A stretch of DNA of 64,000 nt, taken from NCBI GenBank assembly GCA_965202585.1, contig OZ241829.1:11842001-11906000 (forward strand). Reading direction: 5' to 3'. Below the pieces are notes generated by a model, which was not told where the DNA came from, did not search any database, and was given only the letters and a program-made list of their open reading frames with translations. Made by a program: the position numbers and the translations under genes. The DNA is from Thalia democratica (lineage: Eukaryota). Each line of letters starts with the position of its first letter. Position 1 is the first letter of the stretch. This document shows, one piece after another, positions 13,501-28,500 of the stretch.

Positions 13501-16500
13501 ATTGGTATTAAACAAATTGGTGCTAAACTACATATTCATTTAGTTTTCAATATTTACAAAAGATAATGTTAAACAAAACTTGCTTGATAAACGTTACTGT
13601 TAAAAATTATTCCACGCAAATATTTTGTTTTAAATGCTGTTTAGACTATCTAAAACTTACTATAATTAAAAAACAAGTTAGTTATTATATTACAGTACAA
13701 TTTGAGAGTTGTATATAATATAATATTAGAAAGCTTTGTTCCTATTTACGCTTGACTATTTCTCATTAACTCAAAGATTTTTGTGAAAATTGAACATTTA
13801 AATTTAAGACGTCATAATTAACCTTGATTTTCAGTTTTATACAAAGAGACAGTTTTTATATGAGACTTTTTTAACATAGCATTTAAACTATTAATTCTAA
13901 ACTGAAAAACAATTGTTTTCACACAAAAAAATGTTTAAAAACGTTTTGAATTTTTTTTCAATTAAAATCCGGTTAAATAAAGGCTCGAAAAATAATTTAA
14001 CTGTGAAAACTTATTAACTAATGCAAAGAACGCTGTGTTTCTACCAATAATATATTGACTACTAATTAAGTTCTTATAATGATATACTCACTATTATGCG
14101 TGTCTGGAGTGAGCAAACAGACATAGCCCTATATAGTTTTTAATGTGAAAACTTTACATACCTTTATGTATGTAAAGTAAGTCTGGTATCAACAGAATAA
14201 ACTAAATATTCAAACAGCCTTAATACATTTATTTTGAAAACTAACCTTTGTGCATGTCTGGAGTGAGCAAGTTGTACTTTTGTGTTTTGCAGAACGCACT
14301 TTTCGACTTGCAAGTCACCAATCCGCTGTTGTCCATTGACCAATCGTCCCCGACCCTCGATATGTCTCCCACTACGCATCTTCTTTCTGTAAAAAATTTG
14401 AAAAAAGCTCACATGAATCAAGGTACACTGGTAGTTAATTTTAAGCCTCAAACTTGTAATGCAAACATTTGAAAGGTTGTTATTTTAAAACGATATTTTT
14501 TAGATTATATTCTACTACACATATCCTTTCAGTAGTTTGTTTAAAACATTACAAAAAAAAAAACTATAAGTTTCTCGTTATTTAATCAAGTTTATATTGC
14601 AGAAATATGGTAGGAACTTTCTTTATAGTTTTTACGAAACAGCGTCAAATTTATACTAGAATCGCAGTTGGGAAGTCTAAAAAAAACTTCCATTTAAAAA
14701 ATATTAATTAAAAAGATAATACTTCATTAAAAAAATTTAATAAACTATAGCCGCAGTTAGTAAATCTCAGCCAGTCTCACAGTAAAAATAACTTTATAAA
14801 AATTGAAAAATGAAAAGTGAAAAAATAAGTTTAACAAACTAGAGTCGCAATTCGGCAGTCTCGGGAAATCCCCCATCACCTCATTCAACAAGTTCGCGCT
14901 CCTCCTTATGAGACCCATGCTCCTTTCGCTCACGTCTCCTCTCGCTCCGATCTTTGTCATCATCTGTCCGACGAAGTCCGGACACAATGACGGTAGCATG
15001 GAGTACATCTTCGTCACAAAGTTGTCGTACTCGCTGAGTTAAAAAAATATTTTGTGTTTGTTTTGTCAGATTCGTAGAAGAAACTAGACATACAAACGTA
15101 CATCTTTATTGAAAAAAGGTCTTACTGTGTTCAAAAAATATAGCTTTTTTGATTTAGTATGGCTTTTATGTTATTAGGTACAGTTGCCTAACACCTAAAA
15201 ATATAAAGAAAATTAACTCTTCGACCCTAAAAGCTTATACGTTCTAATCTATTTATTAACTTTAAATATTTCTATTTGTATCGAATGGTATATAATTTAA
15301 ACATGTTATACAAAATGAAAGCTCAAGTCTGAATTAATTTTTTGTGAGTAAAAGCTTAATGCGTCCATTAAAGTTTAACATCGCAATTAAACTGGTTAAT
15401 AGTTATTTATAATTTTCAATAAATTTATAAGCAATCATAAGCATCTACCTGCACAAATCGTCGTGAGTGTAAGCCCTAAGCATCATCTTAATACTTTCCG
15501 CACTCAAATCTTCCAATTCGTTGAAGAATCTAAAAATTTAAAGTATTTAATTTACTTTTTATCTTACTTGTAGATACAGTTAAGAATGTTTAGTAGCTTT
15601 TAAGACTTTGACTGATAAAATTATAGTTCTAAGCTACAATGATAGAGAAAATAAAAATACAATTTAACAAATCAAAAATATTTTGTAGCAAAAAGATAAC
15701 AAATGTACCTTAAAAAACTACTTACAAACCATAGTACCATCGTTTATAACTACCTGTTGCAGTTGGGGAGGAAGTCGAGGCCACTCTTGAACTTCCCGCC
15801 ACTGAAAACGTCCGCGACCCCTCCCATCAGGAACTTGACGTCTAGCACTTGGGCCCACTGTTCGTATCCGAAGTAGGTCTTCTCGGGTGGGGAGCAGAAG
15901 ATCTCGGGGAGGGCGTTCACCATGGCAACCGCTCCCTCCATCTGGACCACCCTGAACCCGTTGGCGAGGTCTTCTAAAGTTTCAGCGTCCTTGAACACCA
16001 TCAGCGCCCACTAGAGGTGAGAAATATTTTAAAAATTATTGTTTGTGTAAACATTTGTAAATAAATCTATACGTTTATAGTCTGAGTCTACTAAAACCCC
16101 CAGAATTAACAATATACATACTAAAAACAAGTAAAAATTTTTTTTTTTTTAAAGCACTTCAACGAATATAGAACATTAAGAACAGTACTATATTCTGTGT
16201 CTTTTTTCTAGTATTATTGATTTTCACAAAAAGCTTTAAAACAGAATCATTAAACTAACTCCGTATCTGGATCTTATTCCAGGAAGATGGTCTAATTCTG
16301 TGGGGCAGTTACCATGCAAACAGTGGGTAATTCCCTGGGACATGCACTTCACTACTTCTTGCAACCGAGAACTGCGATATTGTTTGTGTTTTGTATTAAG
16401 AAACTTTTAAAAAAATAAATTGCAAATTAAAACCAAAAAAACATTTTAGCAGTTGTTGATACATGTAATAACGATTTGTTTACTTTTTCATAAAAATAAT

Positions 16501-19500
16501 TATTACGTTTGACAAAATATGGAAATTTGTTTAGTGAAAAATGGAACTAACTTGCATGTGCTTTCGTCTTCAAACGGCAGATTTCCAAGGTAATTTGCAA
16601 AACAAACTTGGTAAATTTCAAAAGTGTCTCTCAATGTGCACTGAGGTAGAAGTTGGAAATCTGTTAAAAATAAACAACATATATCTAGTTCTTGATTGGT
16701 TAGTTTTAACAAAAAAGTAAACTAAATATTTACTGAAATTAATTAATTGCTTAAACCAGTGTTGTATAACAATGATTTAAGTCTTATAAAACTGCTAAAG
16801 TATTGACATGTTTAGTAATTAAATTATGTTTCAAACAGAATTTTGTATAGAGGTTATAATCCTTTTTTTTGAATTAAGACCTGTGAGATTTTTACTTTTT
16901 AATAAAATCATTGTAGTAGCAAAAAGGTTTAAAGTACAAAATGTTTTATCTTTTCCTTAAATAAACTACAGACAACTAAAAATACTTAACTAAATTAGTT
17001 TTTACATATTGGTACACCAAAGATATTAACTTAAAAAAAAATTCGAAAGAACACACGTTTCACATAAATCACGTTGTTTGCAAACTTTTCAACTGAAAAA
17101 AATCAAACCGTTTTCATTTATCATAGAGTACTAAGGTTAAAATATAAAAAAAAAAAAAAGCACATAAATCACGTTGTTTATAAACCTTTTAACCGTTAAA
17201 AATTATAAACAAACCATTTTCATTTATCATAGAGTACTAAGGTTAAAATGTATAAAAAAAACAAACCGTTTTCATTTATCATAGAGTACTAAGGTTAAAA
17301 TGTATAAAAAAAACAAACCGTTTTCATTTATCATAGAGTACTAAGGTTAAAAAACATAAGCAAAACAAACCATTTTCATCTTCAATGACGGGGCAGCCAC
17401 TCGGCGTCGCCACTGATCCTTCAGAGCACAGATCACCTTTACAATCTTTCTTCTCGCACATCTTTATGTACGTCGGATCGACGTTCTTGTACAGCGACAA
17501 GTACTGCTTGATCTGGTCACAGTTGAACGAGTTTCGATCGTTCACGCACTCACCCTCGTTGTAGTCGACTGTGACGTAATATTGAAGTTGCAAGTACTTT
17601 AGAAGGGTAAAGGTAAACTAAGTTTATGACTACGTTTGAAAATTTGAAAACTATGAAATTGTTAGTAATTGGTTGTAAAGTAGTAATTGGAGTCCACTGT
17701 GACGAGAAGAGATATAGACCTTTTTTTAATGTAAAATAGCGAAGTAAGAACATAAGAGATAAAAAAAAAGTTTTGACTGTTTAAACTATTTGGAAGGCTA
17801 TAAAGAAGTAGTAAGGTGCGCTTGTAAAGGACGTAAAATGTAACACATTGTAAGATACTATAAGATACGGTTTTAATAATTTATATATATTCTTATGTGT
17901 TGATAATTAGTTAAAAACTTATCAACGACCTTCGTCAATGCTAAATAGTGAAGTTAATTATTAGATGTGTTCTTTAAACTTTAAATATTTTTACAAAGTT
18001 AAGTTGTAATTGTTAATATTTGTTACTTAATTAACCACTTTAAACAAAAAAAGTTAAACTTTTTACCTTAAGTTTAAAATAAACGTATTAAACACTAAGC
18101 TACTAACATAGGGGAGAGTAAGACCAAAAAACTGTTGTATACTTTGTAAATAAAACTGCCCACCAAAAAAACTATTAGCGTAATAAAAAAATTTAAACAA
18201 AATTAGAAAATCTTCAAACGAAAGTTTATAAACTTCTTTACTTGTTATTAATAATATAGTAAAAGACACAGTAGTAAAAGAACTAATATTTCTTCAAAAC
18301 TACTCACCAACGACACCACCCGGATACTCAAACCTCATCTTCAACCAACTGCAGTGGGTCATCTGATCACCGCAAATGCTGACCACCCTGTTGTCACTGG
18401 TAACCACCCCGTTGGTAACCTGGTATTCCCCGGTCACGCATCGAAGGTTGTTATCAGGTTTCTCTATCAGGGGGATTCTCGGGTTTGCAGTTACTGTTTA
18501 ACAATTAGTTAAAGACAAGTTATTTAAATTGTAATACATAAATATGTAATGAAGTATGTAAATTAGTTTTGTAATGAATAATAAGATTTTATCTTTTTTT
18601 CAACATATTCAGTAAATAAGAAAAAAAATCTAAATGATAAAACTGATAAGTAAGTTTTACGAAATTTTTCAACTAAAATTGTAAAACTAATATCACTAAG
18701 CAATTTTTTTTAATTTAGGGTTAAAAATTAATGTTATTTACACAACAAACAGTAATCTTTTGAAAAATAATAAAATGTTAAAAACCTGTCTCAGTAGTGG
18801 TTGTTTCAGGCTCCACATACTCGTAAAAGTTCTCGCATCCGGGGAAGTTTTTGTTTTGGCGGTAAAACCTCCTTAGCGTGTTGAATGTTGAAGCTTCGTT
18901 TTCGTTGATCTTGCAGGTCAGTTTCTCTTCTGCGACCAGACCTTCCGTCAGTTTGTTGTACGCTCTGTAGTAAGTATCTAACGTGTTAAGAGAAAGATCT
19001 TAAATTTTATGATGGAATTTAAAAAATAAATAAAGTGAAGTAGTTCCATTTTACGATTTATTTTTCCTACAAATCTGTAATAATTTAACATTTTTTAACG
19101 TTTTCTTAAACTCCAAATAGAAAACAATCACTACTGTCAATAAATTTAGTAAGTTCTTAGAGTAAAATTGAAAACAGACACAAACGTTCTAAAAATTAAA
19201 TTTGAAAAGCCACGTATAAGCATTTTAAATATCAAACAATGTTGAAACACAAAATACCTGCAAATATCGTTCTTGTTAGCCGCACCCGCCACAGTTTTCA
19301 CGAAATCGTGGTGCAGTATGGAGAAACTGCTGGCGTAAATGTTGGTGCAGGGGAATATCTGGGTCAGGGCCGGAATTCTCAGGTACACGTTCACGTTCTT
19401 CAGTGCTTTTCCTATCAACCTGGGAATGAATTAATGTAATTATAAAGATTATAAATATTTGGCTGAAACTTTAATGAATAAATAAGAACTGAGCATTTTA

Positions 19501-22500
19501 GCGAATAAAGCATCGTATTTTTGTTTAGATAAAGACCTTGTATGTGTGTTTTTACATTTATATGTGCAAAATCCTTTTTTATAACTACAAACCTAATCTT
19601 TAAAATTCAAACACTTTGTTTTCGAAACAGTAAATTCAAACATCTTTTAACAAACATGATAAAAAACAGTTTTGTATTTACAAATATTCTTAATTAAATT
19701 TATAATAAATATCAACGGTGTAACTTTAAGGCAAAATATTTTAAAGCTAACAAAAAACCAACCTCAACGGATCCTGGGTGAAAATCTTGATGTTCTCCTT
19801 GATCTGGACCTGATCTCTGGTGCAGAAGTGGTCGTAAGTGAGAGTTTCCGCCGCTTCGTTCAAACGGAGCAGTTGGAGGCGTTTCTGGAGGTCTGGGACT
19901 GTGTGCATGTTCTTCAGCAAGATCCTCATGAACTGCACAATGAATTAAAAATAAATATATGATAAAGTGTAAATAACAACTGATTAAAACGTTCTGGAGG
20001 TCTGGGACTGTGTGCATGTTCTTCAGCAAGATCCTCATGAACTGCATAATCAAGTAGTTTGTTTGAATGTTATAACAATATATTATAAAACATGATATTA
20101 AATGGCAAATGTTTATAAAAGTTTTTTGAGACCTATGAGCGTATGCATGTTCGTTAGTAAAATTCTTATCAACTGTAAAAAATAAAGTTTTACTGGTGTA
20201 TTATAAATAATAAGGTATAATGAAAGTATATTGTTTTTATAAAAGTTTCTGGGTATTCTAGAACATTTTAGCCGTGCATATTCTTAAGCAGGATTCTGTC
20301 TTTATAAGTTGGACTTGTTTTTTTTTTTTGCATAAAAATGTGTCACAGATATTAATAATAATTAATACTTTTAAAAGTTTTTATAGGTTTGGTAGTTTGT
20401 ATGTACTACATGTTTTTAGTAGGGTGCATATCACTAACTTAACTAATTAGTTTACTTTTATCTTTTATAGTATATTTTACTGTTTTTAGAAATAACTTAA
20501 AAACGTAAGTACTTTTTGCTTTAACTTTTCACAAAACGTTTTAGACGAAACCAAAAAAGAAAAGCAAAATCCATAATTTAATTTTTGTAGTTATAAAAAA
20601 AATATTTTGATCAAAAGTTCCTTTTAAAAACTTACTGTTGTGGTTTAGCAATTTATCTTTTATGTTTAATTGAAAAATAAATTTAAATAAATAGTAAAAG
20701 TAACTTACAATCTTTCAACAAAAAATTTGCCTTATTATAATTATTAAAGATATTCCTTACAATCAAGCTACTAAAAGCAACAATAAATTACAACGAATAA
20801 AATGCAGCGAAATGACAAAACTTTTGACATTAAGCCGTTTTGAGAATTTTGACGATGTTCAAAGTTCAAAGCAAGAATATAATCAAAAGATAACAATCAC
20901 AAGGTTTTAGTGGTTTTTATGGCTTCTTTGAAATAAAAAATCAATTAGTTTTGTGGCATCTACCGCAGACTATGAGTTGTAGTATGGGAAAATGGTTACA
21001 AAAGTTTTACAAATACTGCAGTAGTATTTAAGCTTGCAAGTGTAAATCGAGCGATAAACTTACATTTTTTAGCTGTAATACTCATATTTTAGGTGCTTTT
21101 TATTTTCTAAGTACAATATAGCAAACAATAAGTAGTAGTATAATTCATAAACATTACTTACAGTTTATTACTTGATATAAAACAAATTTAAGTTTATTCA
21201 GAAGTTTCATTATAACTTGTTAGCTTGTAAGTTTTATTTATAGTGTTAATACTAGCTAAATGAAAATTATTTTAAGAATTTTTTTTTTGAATCGAAAAAC
21301 TAATTGTTGTTATAGGTTATTGTTATTATTCTAGTTAAACAATTGTTCAGAAACATAACAAGGTAAGAAAGATAATAATTTTCTAAATTACACAATTTCA
21401 CTGTAGTAGATACAATTAAAATTTTAAGAACATTTCGTTACTATGCTATATAGTTGATAGTGTGATTACTTGATAACATTTTCTTGAGTGAAATTTGAAG
21501 AAACTTAGATTTTTATTTAATTTTTACATCTCTATTAGTTTTCGTATGCTATTTATCACTTCAAATGTTATTTAATAGTATAAGAAAATAAAAAAAAGTT
21601 CTTTGAAACTTCTTATCTAACCCTGCAGAAACTTTGTTTAAAAATTGAACAAAAAGTTGCTTAGATAAATAGGAAATTAAGATACATAAACACCTAAACA
21701 AATGTTGGCTAGTAGACATGCAGTTTCTTTTAAAAACAAGTTTAAGTTTGCTAGATTAACAGTCAAACACTTGCAAACACATCAGAAATTCTCAGAAGAA
21801 ATATTAAAGGCGTTAGCGGTATTATTGGTTCTCCGCAAAGTTCTATAGCGGGAAATTTACAACCTCTAATGCGTGTGCGACTAAAAAAAGATAGTAAACA
21901 TATTTGCAGTTTTTACTAGATTTTAAACAAAATAGCTTCTTTTTAAGTTTTTTCTATCTTTTTGTTAGCAAAAATTTTAGTAACAATGTGCCTTAAATCT
22001 ATTATAAAAAAAATACTCTTCTGAATAAAGTTTTTTAGAGTGATATAAAAATAAGTAAAAAAACATAATAATTGGAGGTTTAATCAGTTTGTTTATTTAT
22101 ATAAAATGTTATACTTCAATTTTGTCTTAAAAAGAGGTTTTAGAAATTTTACTACTTATTTAAAACTCTTTATTTTTCATAATGAATCATAGTTATTCTA
22201 ATTCTACAAATGTTAACTAGTAATTTAACCTGACACGCTATCAAAACGTACAATTGTTACCCCGTCAAACCGGTAAAATAAAATTAACTCTCGGAAAAAT
22301 ACAATTTTTACGTTCGTACCTTGTAATTCTTAGTACACTTTACAAAAGATACATTCCGTGTCAACCTGTATGACAATGATAAGCGCAAAACGTAATTATC
22401 AAGCCCTGACGTTAAGCCTTTTAAAAAAGTTCAGACATCAAAGAAAATTTAAATTTACAGATAACAGTTTTTATACATTAGAGGTTTTCGTTGATTAAAT

Positions 22501-25500
22501 GAAAACGCTTTGATTTTAAATTAATCCCAACTATTTTAAATTTTTACTAAAATATAAGCATATGAATGAGTTTTTTAAGTTGACGTTTTAACAAATAATT
22601 CTTTACAATTGTTTTCAAGCTCTTTAATTAATTTCAATGTTGTAAGAAACTTTAGTTATTTGAATTATTAGCTTTGTTTATTTTTCAAGTTTTTTTAATA
22701 TAAGTTTATAGCAAAGCAAAAATAAAAATTGTTTATTTGCTGCGAGAACAACTTATAAGTCGTTGCTACAAATCGCTAAATTAGAATGTCGCAACTTTTC
22801 TGGCAAACTTGTTTCAAGTGTAAACAGAACACCTTGAAATTCTAATTAAGTTCGAATCAAGAGTGTCACCTTGTAACAAGCAATTTGACTTGTAATAACT
22901 CGTAACCGTGGTAACGACAAGCACTTTACAATTCGTAACTAACGTAACGATGAAACCAGCAGTTATTTTGCACACTGCTGCAATGTTTTGCTGCAATACT
23001 AGACTCTTGTGATGGAGTTGCAACGTAAATATTTTAAATGGTATTAGCGGTTTTAATGGTTCTCGGTACAAGTCTTTAGCGGGAATTTATAACCATTTAG
23101 TTGTTGTAGCTACAAACCAACATATCTTATTGATTTCAAATTTATAAGAAAAAAGTTTAAACTGTAAACTTATATAAAGATTTAAATGCAAACTAGTTTT
23201 ATTTATAGTATTAAATTTAACAAGTACCAAAAATACACAAAATCTAATTTTTTAAACATTTTTTGTACCCTTGTAAAAATTGGCATTTATAAAAGTTAGT
23301 TTATTCAGATTAATGTAAACTTGAGAACAAAATATAACAAGTTAAAGCTATTTGACTTTTATGAGAAAGTTCTAATCAAATTATTTTTAAACTGAATTTT
23401 TTGCAAAAAGTAGCAATATAACTTTTCTAGAGTAAAAAATATAAAGTAAAAACTATACTTCTTAGTATACTATAAGTTTTACTACCAAGCTGAAAAGTAA
23501 AAGCCTGTTTTAGTCTTAACATTTTGTAACAATAGCAGCTTGCGAATGTTTACGTTAAATGTAAACAGGTGCTAAATACAATGCACTGCTTTTGATAAAT
23601 TTAGTTAAACTGAAAGTGACATCTGCAAGTATTTAAATGTAAACAATTTTCATCAGTAGCACTTTTGTTTTAAACTGAGTTTATGAAAAAAAATTTCAAG
23701 TAATTGATTCTTTTGCAATATGAATTGTATATTAAAATGAATACAGTTGTTTAACGCTACGAATTTATTTTAAAAGATAAAACAGTTTTCTAAAAAGTGC
23801 AAGTAAACGTTATAAGTGGTATTAAAAACTGTTTTAATTAAAATTATCAGTGCATTCGACAACACAATAAGCTTGTTAAAGGATAGTTTTATATAAAAAA
23901 TTTTAAGCTTGTTAACTGGAAAGTTTTTATAAGATATATTGTCTAGTCTAGGTATATATACTATCTAATTTAGAATTAATACTTAAAGCTTTTGTTTAGT
24001 TGCAACGTATTAAATGTGTCAACAATGTTTCTTAGTTTGTATGCTACACCTTTATTTAATGTAAATACAAGAGTTCACAATTTTAATATTATGGTTTTAT
24101 AAGCGTCAAGTTGTTATTGCTTTTACCATCCTTTAGATTAATTTGTAACTGTGCTAAAAAATTATTTGAACTATATAATCGATGCTCGATGCTTTTATAA
24201 TAAACTTAGTTAATGTGGTTTTTTCAAGCAAATATATAAAATTTTAATGATTAATTTAATTTTTGTTTAAAATTTTTGGTAGGAACTTGCAACTAATTAC
24301 GCTTTATAGCTGAAGTGCTGAATTAATACACTTATATCAGTGTGTATAAATGGAACCCCTAAACAATAATTTCAATAAAACTTTTGGTTTCTGTGTGCAT
24401 CCTGCCCAAAATAATCAAGTACTAAATATTGTTTATCATAAGTTATATAAACTTAATATTTAAAAACCAATTCTACAAGTATTTTCATACAATACAATTT
24501 TGTTTAAACGTTAGTATCTGAACTGTACCTTGAACGATTGCTTTAAGCATAGATGACCATCTAATACATAGAATAAGTTGTAAATAGTGTAAATATAACT
24601 CTTTACAACTAAAGTGGCATACAACTAGAACAGTTCTTTTATAAACTTGTTAGTTTTTATGCTCCTTTTATCTAAGGTAATAGAATACTTTAGAATTTTA
24701 ATACTAAAATATGAGAAATTCAGTTTTAAAAAGCAGTTTTACCTACAGCTTTATACAAAATACACTCAATAGTCATAGCAACAACATAGAAACTGTACCT
24801 TGTACGATTGTTTCAGCCCTGGATAATCTTGTAACACAGTAGGGCAATCCCCTGTTGTACAACTGATGAAAGATTGGATCAAGCATGATATCATCCTGTC
24901 TGTGTTTGTCCTTAAAAAGATTGTGAGGTTTTAACTGGGTTTATAATGGCAAGTTTTCAAATTTTCACATTAATAAACTGGTTTAAAAAAACTTTTTATT
25001 TTGTTTTAATACTTTTTAAAATATTGTTTAAGTAATTCATATATCTGAATAATATTTTTCCCACGTTTAAAAAATTAAAAGTGGGTTGTATTTCGATTAA
25101 AAACCTACGTATAGTTTTTAAAATTAGTTGTTTTAAGAAAAAGTAATTGTATGAAATGGATACAATGTAAATCAAAAAATTTTATAAATTTGTTTAAATA
25201 AAACAAAACTTCAAACGGTATTTGGATAAGTAAGAATATAATTAAATAATTATAATAGTTTAAATAGAAAATATAAGAAGTTAAAAAACACAACGATTAC
25301 ACAATTATATAATTATATAAAGTTAAGTTTTTATATTAAAATCTTACTTGCAGTTGTTCAAGTCACTGTAAGGCATATCAGTGGCGTATAATGCAGCGCA
25401 TTCGTACGTTTTTTCCAAAACTTTGTACAAATATCAAATATATATGTATTGAAATGTTAATTATACATTTAATTCTTACTTGCAATTGTTCAAGTCACTA

Positions 25501-28500
25501 TAAGGCATGTCAGTGACGAATAATGCAGCGCATTCGTATGTTTTTCCAAAACTTTGTACAAATATCAAATATATATGTATTGAAATGCTAATTATACATT
25601 TAATTCTTACTTGCAATTGTTCAAGTCAGTGTAAGGCAAGTCAGTGGCGTATAATGCAGCGCATTCGTATGTTTTTTCCAAAACTTTGTACAAATATCAA
25701 ATATATATGTATTGAAATGCTAATTATACATTTAATTCTTACTTGCAATTGTTCAAGTCAGTGTAAGGCAAGTCAGTGGCGTATAATGCAGCGCATTCGT
25801 ATGTTTTTCCAAAAACTTTGTACAAACACCAAATATATATATATTGAAATATTAATTATACATTTAATTCTTACTTGCAATTGTTCAAGTCAGTGTAAGG
25901 CAAGTCAGTGGCGTATAATGCAGCGCATTCGTACGTTTTTCCAAAAACTTTGTACAAACACCAAATATATATATATTGAAATATTAATTATACATTTAAT
26001 TCTTACTTGCAATTGTTCAAGTCACTGTAAGGCATATCAGTGGCGTATAATGCAGCGCATTCGTATGTTTTTTCCAAAACTTTGTACAAATATCAAATAT
26101 ATATGTATTGAAATGCTAATTATACATTAAAATCTTACTTGCAGTTGTTCAAGTCAGTATAAGGCAAGTCAGTGGCGTATAATGCAGCGCATTCGTATGT
26201 TTTTCCAAAAACTTTGTACAAACACCAAATATATATATATTGAAATATTAATTATACATTTAATTCTTACTTGCAATTGTTCAAGTCAGTGTAAGGCAAG
26301 TCAGTGGCGTATAATGCAGCGCATTCGTACGTTTTTCCAAAAACTTTGTACAAACACCAAATATATATATATTGAAATATTAATTATACATTTAATTCTT
26401 ACTTGCAATTGTTCAAGTCACTGTAAGGCATATCAGTGGCGTATAATGCAGCGCATTCGTATGTTTTTTCCAAAACTTTGTACAAATATCAAATATATAT
26501 GTATTGAAATGCTAATTATACATTTAATTCTTACTTGCAATTGTTCAAGTCAGTGTAAGGCAAGTCAGTGGCGTATAATGCAGCGCATTCGTACGTTTTT
26601 CCAAAAACTTTGTACAAATATCAAATATATATGTATTGAAATGTTAATTATACATTTAATTCTTACTTGCAATTGTTCAAGTCAGTGTAAGGCAAGTCAG
26701 TGGCGTATAATGCAGCGCATTCGTACGTTTTTTCCAAAACTTTGTACAAATATCAAATATATATATATTAAAATGTTAATTATACATTTAATTCTTACTT
26801 GCAATTGTTCAAGTCAGTGTAAGGCAAGTCAGTGGCGTATAATGCAGCGCATTCGTACGTTTTTTCCAAAACTTTGTACAAATATCAAATATATATATAT
26901 TAAAATGTTAATTATACATTTAATTCTTACTTGCAATTGTTCAAGTCAGTGTAAGGCAAGTCAGTGGCGTATAATGCAGCGCATTCGTACGTTTTTTCCA
27001 AAACTTTGTACAAATATCAAATATATATATATTAAAATGTTAATTATACATTTAATTCTTACTTGCAATTGTTCAAGTCAGTGTAAGGCAAGTCAGTGGC
27101 GTATAATGCAGCGCTTTCGTAAGTTTTTTCCAAAACTTTGTACAAACATCAAATGTACATATATATATTGTAATATTAATTATACATTTAATTCTTACTT
27201 GCAATTGTTCAAGTCACTGTAAGGCAAGTCAGTGGCGTATAATGCAGCGCATTCGTATGTTTTTTCCAAAACTTTGTACAAATATCAAATATATATATAT
27301 ATATATTGTAATATTAATTACACATTAAAATCTTACTTGCAATTGTTCAAGTCACTGTAAGGCATGTCAGTGGCGTATAATGCAGCGCATTCGTACGTTT
27401 TTTCCAAAACTTTGTACAAATATCAAATATATATATATTAAAATGTTAATTATACATTTAATTCTTACTTGCAATTGTTCAAGTCAGTGTAAGGCAAGTC
27501 AGTGGCGTATAATGCAGCGCATTCGTACGTTTTTCCAAAAACTTTGTACAAATATCAAATATATATGTATTGAAATGTTAATTATACATTTAATTCTTAC
27601 TTGCAATTGTTCAAGTCAGTGTAAGGCAAGTCAGTGGCGTATAATGCAGCGCATTCGTACGTTTTTTCCAAAACTTTGTACAAATATCAAATATATATAT
27701 ATTAAAATGTTAATTATACATTTAATTCTTACTTGCAATTGTTCAAGTCAGTGTAAGGCAAGTCAGTGGCGTATAATGCAGCGCTTTCGTAAGTTTTTTC
27801 CAAAACTTTGTACAAACATCAAATGTACATATATATATTGAAATATTAATTATACATTAAATTCTTACTTGCAGTTGTTCAAGTCAGTATAAGGCAAGTC
27901 AGTGGCGTATAATGCAGCGCATTCGTATGTTTTTCCAAAAACTTTGTACAAACACCAAATATATATATATTGTAATATTAATTATACATTTAATTCTTAC
28001 TTGCAATTGTTCAAGTCACTGTAAGGCATGTCAGTGGCGTATAATGCAGCGCATTCGTATGTTTTTTCCAAAACTTTGTACAAATATCAAATATATATAT
28101 ATATATATTGAAGTATTAATTATACATTAAAATCTTACTTGCAATTGTTCAAGTCAGTGTAAGGTAAGTCAGTGGCGTATAATGCAGCGCATTCGTACGT
28201 TTTTCCAAAAACTTTGTACAAATATCAAATATATATGTATTGAAATGTTAATTATACATTTAATTCTTACTTGCAATTGTTCAAGTCAGTGTAAGGCAAG
28301 TCAGTGGCGTATAATGCAGCGCTTTCGTAAGTTTTTTCCAAAACTTTGTACAAACATCAAATGTACATATGTATATTGAAATATTAATTATACATTAAAT
28401 TCTTACTTGCAATTGTTCAAGTCACTGTAAGGCATGTCAGTGGCGTATAATGCAGCGCATTCGTACGTTTTTTCCAAAAACTTTGTACAAATATCAAATA

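Noticed and set aside
22814-23071. 85-aa minus-strand ORF in intron 27 as a missing exon or nested gene
   Set aside because: It has no module Cys pattern and no convincing splice sites, and exon 27 already joins exon 28 in frame.
25379-25390. CAGTGGCGTA in each satellite unit resembles a common DNA-transposon terminus
   Set aside because: It is the reverse complement of coding sequence (Tyr-Ala-Thr-Asp) in exon 26, with no partner TIR or TSD.
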